A DNA stretch of 64,000 nt from Squalus acanthias (GCA_030390025.1 JASTWF010000048.1:868001-932000); one strand, 5' to 3'; positions 12,881 through 25,070 are shown, counted from the stretch's first letter. Made by a program: numbers and translations. The notes: generated by a model not told the origin, from the sequence alone.

Positions 12881-13317
12881 ATGAAAATGCAATTATCCCG
12901 GTGTCTGTTGTCTGCGCTGCTGTTGCACAGTAAGTCTCTCTCTGAAATGCCTGGGAGCAGTTTAGCTGCAAATGTCAGCGTACGCTTTGTTTTAACCGGA
13001 TTATTTTCCTCCTATCTGTAGGTGTAGCGAGCGACAAAGTACAACAAAGTCCGGCTGTAATCTCCGATTCCCTGCACTCCCCGATTCAGATCCGCTGTTC
13101 TGCGGAGGGTTCCATTAGCTCAGAGTTTTCCTGGTACCGCCAGCTCCCAGACGGACAGCTGTTGCTGCTCTTCTACTCTCGCATCTCCGGCAGCATCGAG
13201 CCGGCGGAAGAGGTAGACGGCTTCATCGCCTCCAGACCCGACCACTCCAACTTCCACCTGCAAACGACCCGCCTGCGAGCGAAACACTCGGGGGTGTATT
13301 ACTGCGCTTGGAGCCTT
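12881..13317 (+). CDS. TRBV: TCR beta V segment V5 (family A), potentially functional; leader 12881-12929, V exon 13022-13317
   Basis: Leader MKMQLSRCLLSALLLH/gtaagt; V exon DKVQQSPAV..IRC..WYRQ..YYCAWSL translated open by hand. Confidence 0.9.
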
Positions 13318-13356
13318 CACAGTGATACAAGGAGCCGGGGCGGTGCAACAAAAACC
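13318..13356 (+). other. 23-RSS of V5
   Basis: CACAGTG + 23 bp + ACAAAAACC. Confidence 0.97.
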
Positions 13357-13667
13357 TGGTGCAGCAGAGAACGGGCCGCAGGCCCGAACCTGTCGCTGCT
13401 TTGCTGGGTGTGGAGTCAACGCAGAATGTGCATGAGAAGCGACAGCAAGGGTTAGATACAGGAACAGCACTGAGAAGATAGAGGATCAGCACGGATTAGA
13501 TACAGGGTTACCTCGGATAAGATATAGGATCAGCACGGGATAGATAGAGAGTAACCCCATCATTCACTGTTTAAACACAAAATAAAACCCTTCACTCACT
13601 CGTTAGATGTAGAGTGAAGACCAACGCTCACAAGTTAGACACAGTATAAAGCCTCTCACTCACTGGT

Positions 13668-14625
13668 TAGAATCATAGAGTCATAGAGTTATACAGCACA
13701 GAAAGAGGCCCTTCGGGCCATCGTGTCCGCGCCGGCCATCAAGCCCTGTCTATTCTAATCCCATTTTCCAGCACTTGGTCCGTAGCCTTGTACACTATGG
13801 CGTTTCATGTGCTCATCTAAATGCTTCTTGAATGTTGTGAGGGTTCGTGCCTCTACCACCCTTTCAGGCAGTGATTTCTAGATTCCAACCACCCTCTGGG
13901 TGAAAACGTTTTTCCTCAAAACCCCTATAAACCTCCTGCCCCTTACCTTGAAACTATGCCCCCTGGTTATTGATCCCTCTACTAAGGGGAAAAGTTCAAT
14001 TCTAGATACCCTACCTATGCCACTCATAATGTTGTACACCTCAATCAGGTCCCCCCTCAGCCTTCTCTGCTCTAAGGAAAACAACCCCAGCCTGTCCAGT
14101 CTCTCTTCATAGCTGAAGCACTGCTGCCCAGATAACATCCTGGTAAATCTCCTCTGCACCCTCTGCATTGCAATCACATCCTTCCTATAGTGTGGCGACC
14201 AGAACTGCACACAGTATTCCAGCTGTGGCCTAACTAGCGTTTTGTACAGCTCCATCATAACCTCCCTGCTCTTATATTCTATGCCTCGGCTAATGAAGGC
14301 AAGTATCCCATATGCCTTTTTAACCACCTTATCTACCTGCCCTGCTGCCTTCAGGGATCAATGTAGATGCACACCAAGGTCCCTCTGATCCTTTGTCCTT
14401 TCTAGGGTCCTACAATTCATTGTGTATCCCCTTGCCTTGTTAGACCTCCCAAAATGCATCACCTCACACATTTCAGGGTTAATGGCCCATCTGACCAACC
14501 CGTCTATATCCTCCTGTAGCCTGAGGCTTTCCCTCCTCGCTATTTACCACTCTACCAATTTTCGTGTCATCTGCGAACTTACTGACCATACCTCCTACAT
14601 TCATATCTAAATCATTAATGTACAT
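13668..14625 (-). mobile_element. CR1-like LINE 3' fragment, present only in the third duplicated unit
   Basis: ORF 13878-14327 LVRPQLEYCVQFWSPHY..LGLFSLEQRRLRGDLIEV; absent from the matching V1-V2 and V3-V4 intervals. Confidence 0.9.
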
Positions 14626-14936
14626 AAATAATGAGACAGACAGATAGTATAACTCCCCTATCTCACTCCCAAACTATCACTGCATTCTCAGATGAAGCCT
14701 CCGTGTTGTTGCATTTTTAAAGTCCCCTGACTCCGCCAACAAAGAGATGAGGCAGACCGCCGATGAACGGGGGACCTCATTAGCCCCGCCCCGGACATCA
14801 CCACCCCGAAGTGGAAGCCAATGAGCAAGTAAAGAGAGATTGTCCCCGCCCATGCGAACATTCAACACTGGAGAGGTGGGGACTGTAAATTCCTCTCAGT
14901 GTCCAGAATTTTGAGATATTCAATAATATAAGGCTC

Positions 14937-14946
14937 AGTGACATCA
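14937..14946 (+). promoter_or_regulatory. V-beta decamer of V6
   Basis: AGTGACATCA. Confidence 0.75.
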
Positions 14947-14980
14947 TACAATAAGCACTCGGATCTTTCAATCTCCAGAG

Positions 14981-15856
14981 ATGACTCTGTTTCACCTCTG
15001 GATTGTGCTTTTGATGTTAACGGGTAAAACTGGATCTGGGCGATCCTCACTTTTTTCCACCTGTGTCCCCTTTGGGATTAACTCACTCCTTGGGCACTTT
15101 CAATGCGAGTGTTGGTGTCGATTCTCTGTCCCTCGGTTTACATCTACCTCCCTCTGTCTCGGTGTCTGTCTCTCTCTCTGTCTGTTTCTCTTCCTCACTC
15201 TGTCTATCTATCTCTCTATATCTCTCTCTATCTCTCCGCTGTCCCAGTCTCTTCTGTCTGTCTCTGTCTCTCTTTCATTCTCTCTCCCTCTCCCTCTTTC
15301 TCTTCATTTGCTCTCTCTCTCCCCACTTGGACTCCTTCACGTTGGCGGGTTTCATCTCTCTCCTTTTCTCTCTGTCTGTATCTCTCTCTCTTTTTTTCTC
15401 TGTCTGTTTATCTCTTTGTCTCTATCTTTCTCCCTCTGTATCACTGCGACTATATCTCGCTCAACAAACCTCTCTCACTCTCCCCTCTTGTGTCTCTTCG
15501 TAGCGGTTGTCGATCTATACATTGTCTCCGAGTTTATCTCTCTCCCTCTGTTTTACAGATGTGGAGGCCGTGCTGATACAACAGATCCCCGCTTCCATAT
15601 CCAATTCCCGGGGCACTCCGTTTAGCATCGAGTGCCTTTACACAGAAGCAGCAGCAGGCTCCGTTTTCTACTGGTACCGCTGGCATCCTGACCGGGAGCC
15701 TCAGAACCTTTTCTATTCTAGCTACATCGAAACGGTCACTCCCTCTGGTCAGGTGGACGGTTTTACCGCCAGGAGACCCGACTTCACCCAGTTCTAGCTG
15801 GAGTCCACCAGTCTGTGGCAAATCACTCGGCCGTGTATTATTGCGCCTGCAGATTG
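14981..15856 (+). pseudogene. TRBV: TCR beta V pseudogene V6 (family B); leader 14981-15023, V exon 15559-15856
   Basis: In-frame TAG at 15795-15797 plus a 1-nt deletion in FR3 relative to V2. Confidence 0.9.
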
Positions 15857-15895
15857 CACAGTGACTCAGAGAGATGGAGAAGCTCAACAAAAACC
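15857..15895 (+). other. 23-RSS of V6
   Basis: CACAGTG + 23 bp + ACAAAAACC. Confidence 0.96.
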
Positions 15896-16775
15896 CAAAA
15901 GTAGGCAGGAAATAATTTTGTGAGATAGATCTGTCTGTCTGTGCGCCTGCCTGTCCGTCTTTCTGTTTACCTGTCTGTCTGTCTGTCTCTCTATCTATCT
16001 ATCATTCGATCTATCTATCGATATATCTATCTGGCAAGGATCTATCTATCAATAGCTGATCTATCTATCTAAATAACTATCTATATACCAGCTGTCTATC
16101 GATCTAGTATCTATTCATCTATTGTTCTATTCCTATTCTTAATATCATACATTATTCATGAATGATATAACATGGGATGCTTTTTTATTTATATTGATTC
16201 ATCTTCTTACTCACTTTTACAAAAAATGATTTCCATACTTTATAAAATATGAAAAATGAATTTCAATATTTTGTTTGCCGTTCCCTTTAAACTATTGTCT
16301 ACCTTTTTAAAAGCAAATTAGCGACTGGGTAAATGGCTTAAAGGATGAGTTGAAAGAGCGGACGGAGTAATATGGGCAGGAATTATACATAGCTCCCGTT
16401 TATACCAGTGAATATTTCCAAGGCTCACGCCATCAGAGGAGGTGCTTAACACATCTGATATTTGCGTTATCGCAATAGCGACCAGGGATGCGCTGCTTAT
16501 CAGAGAGCAGTAGAATGATACAGCACAGACGAAATCCACTCGGTCCATCGTGCCTGTTTCCTCTGTTTGAATGAGCCATCCAATTATACCCTTTCCTCTG
16601 ACACGTTACACTGAACCCTGAAAGATTTACCCATTCAAGTATTTATCCAATTCTCCTTTGAAAGTTAAATTGAATCTGCTTCCGCCGCTCTTTCAGGCAA
16701 CGCCTTTCAAGTTATAACAAGTCGTTGAGGACTGAAATTCTACTCATCACCCGCTCTGGTTCTTTTGGCGATTAC

Positions 16776-17180
16776 CGGTGGCATAGTGGATAGCACTGGT
16801 GCCTCACAGCGCCAGGGACCCGAGTTCGAATCTGACCTCGGGTGACTGTCTGTGTGGAGTTTGTACATTCTCCCCGTGTCTGCGTGGGATTTCTCCGGGT
16901 GCTCCGGTTTCCTCCCACAGTCCAAAAATGTGCGGGTTAGGTTGATTCGGCTGTGATAAATCGACCCTTAGTGTTAGGGGGGAATTAAATATGTGGGGGG
17001 ATGGGATATGTTAGGGGGAATTAAATACGTGGGGTTACGGGGGTAGGGTGGGATATGTGTACTGTGGGGATTAAAGCAGGGACAGGGTACTGGATTTGAA
17101 TGATCAGCCATGATCGTATTGAATGGTGAAGCAGGCTCGATGGGCCGAATGGCCTACTCCTGCTCCTAGTTTCTATGTTA
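16776..17180 (+). mobile_element. tRNA-derived V-SINE (HE1-like)
   Basis: A box TGGCATAGTGG, B box GTTCGAATC, V-domain TCTCCCCGTGTCTGCGTGGG..CCGGTTTCCTCCCACAGTCCAAA. Confidence 0.85.
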
Positions 17181-18329
17181 CCTTAACTCTGTTTCCCGAT
17201 CCTCCTGCCAGTAGAAACAAATTCTCCTCATGTACCCTGTTCATTATTTTGAAAAACATTTTCAAATCTCCCCTTACCATGACTGCTCTAAGAGGAACAC
17301 CTCACATGAAGAGGAAGAAGTTAACCTGAGGACCTTGAAACGGGCCTCTCCAAACATGTTCGTCACTGGGACACCTGCCCCCTGACGGCTATGTCAGAAT
17401 CTGTTGAAAACCGTTAACCCACTTCTCTGTCAGCCTCTAGAGGCCTTTTGACGTGTTTTTTCAAAGAATGTAGGAGTTCAGCCCAGCGATGTATGTCATC
17501 CTTTAATTCCCCTTCAGCAAATGTGAACTGAGACCTGAAACAAGAGATCACTTTGACCCAACTATGTTCTGTGTTTTATGCCTGTGCCGGTTCTTTGGAA
17601 GAGCAATCGATTTAATCCCACACGACCCTCATCACATTCCTCTTTATCTCATATCCTTCTGTTCCTTTCTCCCTCCTGTAGTTATCTAGCTTCCTCTTAA
17701 ATGCTTCTATGTACTTGCCTCAACTACTTCACACAGCAATTTCCACATTCTTACCACTCTCTGGGCAAAGAGATTTCTCCTGAATTCCCATTGGATTTAT
17801 TAGTGACAATCTTATGTTTCTAAATCCCTCTATTGGTCTCCCCCTATCCAATAAGTCCCAATAATGCTATTTCCACATTGCTCTGCAGTTTTCTATCTTC
17901 AAGTATTTATCCAAATCCCCTTTGAAAGTGACTATTGAATCTGCTTCGCCACCGTTTGAGGCAATGTATGATAGATCATAAGAACTGGACCAGTTAACAA
18001 GATGCTCCTGATCTACGCATCCGGCTCATTTACCAGTTACATTCAATCTGTCTTCTCTGGATACTGACTGTCCTGCCGCAGGAAACGGTGTCTGCCTTTC
18101 TCCTCTATCAAATCCCTCGGAAAACCTCTATAAATTTTCTCTTTGACATTTTCTGCTCCAAGGAGAACAATCCCAGCTTCTCTGGCCTCTCTGTATAACC
18201 GAGCTCCCACAGCCCTGGTATCATTCAGTGTCGACTGAATAAACCAGGTGTTCATTGTCTCACCTTGATGGCGGCACTAATCCCAGGTAAGTCAATGTAA
18301 CACACTGTTGCAGTGTTCGTTGCAACAAA

Positions 18330-18925
18330 AACGACAACAACAACTTGTATTTGTATAGCGACTTTAACATAGTAAAACGTCCCAGGGCGCTGCAAAGGAT
18401 TATTTTAAGAAGAAAACAAATCGACACGGATCCACATAGGATAAATTAGGCCAGGTGACCAAAAGCTTCGTCAAAGAGGAAGGTTTTAAGGAGCTTCTTG
18501 CAGGAGGAAATAGAGGTAACGAGGCGGAGTTTTTCAGGGTGGGAGTTCCAGCGCTTAGGGCATAGGCAACAGAAGGCACGGCCACCAATGTTTGATCGAC
18601 TATAATCAGTGATGCTCAAGGGGGCAGAATTAGAGCAGCGTAGATATCTCGCGGGGTTGTGGGGCTGAAGGAGATTACAGAGATAGGGAGGGGCGACGCC
18701 ATGGAGGGATTTGAAAACAAGGACGACAATTTTGAAATCGAGGCGCTGCTTAACCGGGAGCCAATGTAGGTCAGCGAGCAGAGAGGAGATGGGTGAATGG
18801 GACTTGGTGCGAGTTAGGACACGGGCAGGCGTGTTTTGGATGACCTCAAGTTTACATAGGGTGTAACGTGGGAGGCCAGCAAGAAGTGCATTGGAATAGT
18901 CAACTCTAGAGGTAACAAAGGCAAC
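18330..18925 (-). mobile_element. L2-like LINE 3' fragment
   Basis: FVTSRVDYSNALLAGLP..HWLPVKQRLDFKI in ORF 18446-19204; short (CAA)n tail. Confidence 0.8.
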
Positions 18926-19390
18926 GATGATGCTCGATACCATCCAGGGCAAAGCAGCCCGCTTGATTGGCATCCCATCTACCACCTTAACAATCACTCC
19001 CTCCACTATCAGCGTACCGTGGCTGCAGTATGTAACATTTACAAGTTGCACTGCAGCAATTCGCCAAGGCTTCTTCGGCAGCATCTCCCAAACCCGCGAC
19101 CTCTTCCACCTAGAAGGACAAGTGCAGCAGGCGCATCTGAACACCACCACCTCCAAGTTACCTGTCAAGTCACACGCCATCCTGGCTTGGAAGTATATCG
19201 CCATTCCTTCAACGTCGCTGAGTCAAAATCCTGGAACACCCTCCCTAACAGCACTGTGGGAGTACCTTCACCCCACGGACTGCAGCGGTTCAAGAAGCAG
19301 GTCACCGTCAACTTCTCAAGGGGCAATGAGGGATAAGCATAAATGCTGGCCTTGCCAGCGACACCCACATCCCATGAACGAATAAAAAAA
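18926..19390 (+). mobile_element. CR1/L2-group LINE 3' fragment in opposite orientation
   Basis: LDTIQGKAARLIG..SWNTLPNSTVG; ends AATAAAAAAA; same family as ~33770-35815. Confidence 0.75.
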
Positions 19391-19402
19391 GTCCCAGGTG
19401 CT

Positions 19403-19436
19403 TGCAGTTGCACGTTTCAACCATTAGGTGGTGGTG
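19403..19436 (+). promoter_or_regulatory. Degenerate CTCF-like site with upstream motif
   Basis: TGCAGTTGC + 6 bp + CAACCATTAGGTGGTGGTG, in the same module as 10773. Confidence 0.45.
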
Positions 19437-19618
19437 TTGCTCCGTTATAACCAGCGCCACTACATACTTCCGTAGTGACTCAGCAATGCATCAGATCTGT
19501 GTGTCTCCTTAATCGTCAACTCCGCTGTTTCCGTAGCGCTTTTGCTTTCCGAGCATTTCACACCAAAACGCAATTAGTCTTCACATGTCTACTCGTTTAC
19601 AGTGGCGTGGCGTGAGCA

Positions 19619-21476
19619 TAGAATCATAGAATGGTTACAGCACGGAAGGAGGCCATTCGGCCTTTCGAGCCCGGGCCGGCTCGCTGCAAGAGCACCTCAG
19701 CTAGTCCCACTCCTCCTCCATTTCCCCGTAGCTCTGTAATGTTGTTTCCTTCAGCTACTTATCAAACTCCCTTTTGTAAAGCCGTGATTGAGTCTGCCTC
19801 CACCACCCTTTCAGACATTGCATTCCAGATCCTAACCACTCGCTGCATACAAATGTTTTCTCTTATGTCGCCTTTGGTTCTTCTGCCAATCACCTTAAAT
19901 CTATCTCCTCTGCTTCTCGACCCATCTGCCAATAGGAACAGTTTCTCTGTATCTATTCTGTCCAGACCCCTCATGATTTTAAACATCTCTATCAAATCTC
20001 TTCTCAGTCTTCTCTGCTCTAAGCAGAACAACCCAAGCTTCTCCAGGCTAACCATGCAACTGAGTTCCCCCTCACTGGAATCTTTCTGGTAAATCTTTTC
20101 TGCAGCCTCTCTAATGCCGTCACATCATTCCTAAAGTGCAGAGCCCAGAATTGGACACAATACTCCAGTTGTGGCCGAACCAATGTTTTATACAGGTTCA
20201 GCATAATTTCCACGCTTTTGTTCTCTATACCTCTGTTCATGAAGCCCAGGATCCCGTAAGCTTTTTTAACCGCTTTCTCAATCTGCCCTTCCACCTTCAA
20301 TGATTTCTGCAAATATACCCCAGGTCCCTCTGTTCATTAACACCCTATAGAATTGTACCCTTTAGTTTATATTTCCTCTCTGAATTATTTATACCAAAAT
20401 GTATTACTTCGCACTATCTGCGTTAAATTTCATTAGCCAAGTATCCGTCCATTCCACCAGCCTGTCTATGTCTGCTTGAAGTCTATCACCATCTTCCTCA
20501 CTGTTCACTATACTTCCAAGTATTTTTCATCTGCAAATTTTGAAAATGTGCCCTGTACACCAACATCCAAGTCATTAATATATATCAAGAAAAGCCGTGG
20601 TCCTAGAACCGACCCCTGGGGAATACCACTGCTTACCTTCCTCCAGTCTGAAAAACAACTGTTCACCACTACTCTCTGTTTCCTGTCACTTTGGCATTTT
20701 CGTATCCATGCTGCCACTGTTCCTTTTATTGCATGGGCTTCAGCTTTGTTGGCAAGCCCTATATGTGGCACTTTGTCGAACGCCTATCGGAAATCCATGT
20801 ACACCACATCAACCGTATTGCCCTCATCAACCCTCTCTGTTACCTCATCAAAAACTCGATCAAGGTGGTTAAACACGATTTGCCTTTAACAAATCCGTGC
20901 TGGCTTTCCTTAATTAATCCACACTTGTCCAAGTGACTGTTAATTTTGTCCCTGATTATTGTTTCTAAAAGCTTCCCCACTACCGAGGTTAAACTGACTG
21001 GCCTGTATTTGCTAGGTTTATCTTTGAACAAGTTTGTAACATTTGCAATTCTCCAGTCCTCTGGCTCAACCCCCGTTTATAAGGAGGGCGGGTAGATAAT
21101 GGCTTTTACCTTCGCGATTACTTCGTTCACTTTTCCTCAGCGTCCTAGGATGCATCCCATCTGGTCGTGGTAATTTATTTACTTTAAGCACAGCCAGCCT
21201 TTCTAATACCTCCTCTTCATCAATTTTTATCCCATCTAGTATCTCCTCTACCTCCTCCTTCACTATGTCTACGGCAGCATGTTCTTCCTTGGTGAAGACA
21301 GATGCAAAGTACTCTTTTAACACGTCAGCCATACCCTCTGCCGCCATGCGTAGGTCTCCTTCTTGGTCCATAATCGACCCCAGCCCTCCTCTTACTACCC
21401 GTTTACTATGTATATGGCCATAGAAGACTTTAGGATTACCTTTTATGTTAGCTGCTATTCTATTCGTATGCAGTCT
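19619..21476 (-). mobile_element. CR1-like LINE, ~1.85-kb RT fragment inserted in the V7 upstream module
   Basis: YRPVSLTSVVGKLLETII, SGIPQGSVLGP..FSKFAD, LVRPQLEYCVQFW; the flanks rejoin as the module seen uninterrupted at 4850-4980. Confidence 0.9.
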
Positions 21477-21729
21477 AGCAGCGCCTGCTACCCATAAATA
21501 ACCCAAGTTATTTTCTTTCAGTGTTTTTATTTGCAAAAGGGACAAAATAATCTGCATTTTGTGATTCATTAAAGCAAATGAAAGTAAGGAAGCGAAGAGG
21601 GAAGCCAAGAAAGAAAGAGTTAAAGGATAAGGGAGAAAGAAAGATAGCGAGAACGAAAGAAAGAAAGAGAAATGGGGGTTGTCAGTTGTTTCATGAAACT
21701 TCCGGGATGTAGCGATGGCTGTAGCTTTG

Positions 21730-21744
21730 TGATGCAACTTCCGG
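21730..21744 (+). promoter_or_regulatory. bZIP(CRE/ATF-like)-ETS composite in the V7 promoter
   Basis: TGATGCAACTTCCGG, ~90 bp upstream of the leader ATG; exact copies at 6297 and 12396. Confidence 0.6.
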
Positions 21745-21835
21745 CTCTGCATTTATGGCTAACCAACTGAACCGGATTTAAGACTCAGTCCTTGTGCTGT
21801 GTGCAATACCCGCCTGAATACATCTTACCGCCACG

Positions 21836-22779
21836 ATGCTTTTCAATTTTCTCCAAATGACTGCTCTATTTCTTGTGCTATGTAAGAATCGAATTGAGCA
21901 AATACTTTCAAAAGTGTCGTTCAATTTGCTTTAATTTTGTCTACTTTGAAAAAAGATATGTCGATTTAATCAGCTGTGGTGCAATGCCCTATGTCTAAAC
22001 TATTGTTTGTTAGAATTCTTTTTGACTGTTTAACTTAAAAAAAGAAAGACTTGTATGTATATACTGTCTTCCACGACCTCAGCACATCGAAAAGCGCTTT
22101 AACGCCAATTAAGTGTTTTTGTCGTGCAGTCACTGTTGGAATATAGAAAACGCGGCAGCCAATTTGCGCACAGCAAGCTCCCATAAACAGCAATGTGATG
22201 ATGACCAAATAATCTATTTTTAGTGATATTGTTTGCGGGATACATTTTGGGCCAGAACGCCCCTGCTCAGCTTCCAATAGTGTATCGGGATCTTCTCGTA
22301 TATAGTTCGGAGATTAGTTTTGCAAGTTTAAATTTGTTACCATTGCATTAATTCACCTATGTAATCGCGAACAGAACATGGTTCCAATCGCTAGTATATA
22401 TGCAATCGACTCACAGAATACGGGCAGCTCAGTGTTATATCAATTTTTTTCTCTGATCATTCGTTTGCAGGTGGTTCCCGGGGAGATGTGCTGCATCAAT
22501 GGCCCAGTTCGATGGTCCTAAAGCAGCTGGAATCCGCTGTATTAAACTGTTATCAGAATGGAACAGCCCGGGACAACATGCTCTGGTATCGACAGTCCCC
22601 CGGCCAAGGGTTGACCTTCATCGGTTATCTCTATAAAGCCGGCAGAGCTGAGTACGGAGAGGGGTTCAAAACAGGGTATGAAATCAGCCGATTTATGGAC
22701 GAAAAGATGTCCAGTTTGACGTTGAATAGCGTCACGCTAAGGGACGTGGCGGTGTATTACTGCGCGGCGGCTGATGGGG
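21836..22779 (+). CDS. TRBV: TCR beta V segment V7 (family C), potentially functional; leader 21836-21881, V exon 22471-22779
   Basis: ccgccacgATG leader MLFNFLQMTALFLVL/gtaaga; tttgcag acceptor; DVLHQWP..LNCYQNG..WYRQSPGQG..DVAVYYCAAADG. Confidence 0.88.
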
Positions 22780-22818
22780 CACAGCGCTGCAGACTGATCT
22801 GCCGCCGTGACAAAAAGC
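22780..22818 (+). other. 23-RSS of V7
   Basis: CACAGCG + 23 bp + ACAAAAAGC. Confidence 0.92.
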
Positions 22819-23046
22819 ATTGCACTGCGACACCTCCGGAAGACTCGCGGGCCGAGCCTCGCTCTTCCGTTTAAGACAGCGGTGGGTGTTGGGCTTGCGT
22901 TGAATTCAAACAGCCCTTGTACAAAATGGGGAAACTCACAAAGAAACACATTTACAAAGAAGTGTGAGGAAAAAAGAGAGACAAATCGAGGCAGAATGAA
23001 AGGAAGGAAGAAGGAATGAAGGAAAGAAAGAAGGAGAGATGGAAGA

Positions 23047-23530
23047 TACAACAACAACAACAACTTGTATTTATATAGCGCCTTTAACGTAGTAAAACGT
23101 CCCGAGGCGCTGCACAGGAGTATTTAAAGACAAAAAACATTGTCACCGATCCTCATAAGATAAATTAGAGCAAATTAGGGCATTTGACAAAAAGATTGAT
23201 CAAAGAGGTAGGTTTTAAGGAGCGTCTTAAAGGAGGAAAGAGAGGTAGTAAGGCGGAGGGGTTGAGACAGGGAATTCCAGAGCTTAGGGCCTAGGCAACA
23301 GAAGGCACGTCCACCAATGGTTGAGCGATTATAATCAGGGATCCTCAAGAGGCCAGAATTAGAGGAGCGCAGATATCTCGATGGGTTGTGGAGCTGATGG
23401 GGATATATTGATAGGAAGGGGCGAGGCCATGGAGGGATTTGAATACAAGGATGAGAATTTTGAAATCGAGGCGCTGCTTAACTGGGACCCAAATTAGGTC
23501 AGCGAGCGCAGGGGTGATGGGCGAACGGGA
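23047..23530 (-). mobile_element. L2-like LINE 3' fragment abutting a V relic
   Basis: (CAA)n tail; minus strand PITPALADLIWVPVKQRLDFKILILVFKSLHGLAPSY. Confidence 0.8.
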
Positions 23531-23766
23531 CTTCAGAATGGGAGTGCCCGTCAAAACTTGCTGTGCTTTCGGCAGCTCGCCATTGGCGGGTTGCTGTTGA
23601 TAGGGTATTTCTATATGGCAGGAGAAGCTGAGTACCGAGAGGGTTTTCAGTCCGGCTTCGTCATTGCCCGAACTATGGAGCATAAAAAATCCACTCTGAA
23701 CATCAAGAGCGTGAAAGCGACCGATGCGGCGCTGCATTAGAGTCGTTAAGAACCGTGACAAAAAAA
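23531..23766 (+). pseudogene. TRBV: Truncated V relic (family C-like)
   Basis: QNGSARQNLLCFRQ..LIGYFYMAGEAEYREGF..KSTLNIKSVKATDAALH*; lacks FR1, second Cys and heptamer; ccgtgACAAAAA nonamer remnant resembles V7. Confidence 0.8.
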
Positions 23767-23809
23767 AACATCACAGTTAAAAGCTGCCACGTATATTGGG
23801 GAACCTTAC

Positions 23810-24740
23810 TGGACCGCAAAGAGGCTTCAAGGCGAATAAGACAGTTTTGGTGAGTGGGCAAATACATGGCAGATGCAGTATAACGTGGATAACTGTGAAG
23901 TTATCTACTTCGGTAGGAAAAACAGAAAGGCAGAGTATCATTTAAATGGTGACAGACTGGGAAATGTTGATGTACAAAGGGAAATGGGTGTCCTTGTACA
24001 CCAGTCATTGAAAGCAAACATGCAGGTGCAGAAAGCAGTTAGGGAGGCAAATGGTATGTTGGCCTTCATTGCAAGAGGATTTGAGTACAAGAGCAAGGAT
24101 GTCTTACTACAGCTATACAGAGCCTTGGTGAGACCAGATCTGGAGTACTGTGTGCAGTTTTGGTCTCCTTACCTAAGGAAGGATATACTTGCCATAGAGG
24201 GAGGTCAGCGAATGTTCACCAGGCTGATTCCTGGGATGGCAGCACTGTCGTATGAGGAGAGATAAAGTTGAATAGGCCTGTATTCACTAGAGTTTAGAAG
24301 AATGAGAGGGGATTTCATTGAAACATATACAATTCTGACAGGGCTAGACAGACTGGATGCAGGGAGGATGTTTCCCCTGGCTGGGGGCGGTGGGGGGTGG
24401 GGGGGGTGGGGGGCCGGGGGGGGGGGCTCTAGAACGATGTGTCACAGTCTCAGGTTACGGGTAGGACATTTAGGATTGAGTTGAGGAGAAATGTATTCAC
24501 TCAGAGGGTGGTGAACCTGTGTAATTCTCTACCACAGAAGGCTGTGGAGGCCAAGTCACTGAATATATTTAAGAAGGAGATAGATAGAGTTCTAGACACA
24601 AAAGGCATCAAGACGTATGGGGAGAGAGCGGGAATTTGGAATTGAGATACAGGATCAGCCATGATCATACAGAATGGCGGAGCTGGCTCAAAGGGCCGAA
24701 TGGCCGACTCCTGCTCCTATTTTTCTATGTTTCTATGATC
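23810..24740 (+). mobile_element. CR1-like LINE 3' fragment
   Basis: ORF 23873-24265 LYRALVRPDLEYCVQFWSPYLRKD. Confidence 0.88.
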
Positions 24741-25070
24741 TGTGTAACTGTTTCCTCGCTGAATTTTATGTCTCTGTGTTCACAGCTAAACCGGAACGAC
24801 TGTCACAGAATCAGACCATGGTACTGCACATAAGGCAAAAATTCGGCCCACCCTGCCTGTGCCGGATCTTTGAAAGAACTCTCCAATTAATCTCACTCCT
24901 CGCTGCTCTTTACCCAATAGCCCTGCAAATTTTTCCCAATTTCCTTTTGAAAGTTACTACTGTATCTTCTTCCACCACCCTTTCAGGCCGTGCGTTCCAA
25001 ATCATAACAAATCGCTGCGTAAAATACATTCTCCTCGTCTCAACTCTGATTCTTTTGACAATAACCTTAA

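Larger units (their letters stand above)
1..16770 (+). repeat. Tandem triplication of a ~6.1-kb unit carrying one family-A and one family-B V (copies start at <1, ~6170 and ~12270; third copy partial and more diverged)
   Basis: Homologous V exons at 833/7000/13022 and 2377/8529/15559, with collinear intergenic sequence and shared LINE fragments. Confidence 0.92.

Noticed and set aside
16776-16850. tRNA gene
   Set aside because: A/B boxes are the head of a V-SINE and run directly into the SINE core
19619-21476. Active retrotransposon
   Set aside because: 5'-truncated with multiple stops and frameshifts; no LINE in the window is intact
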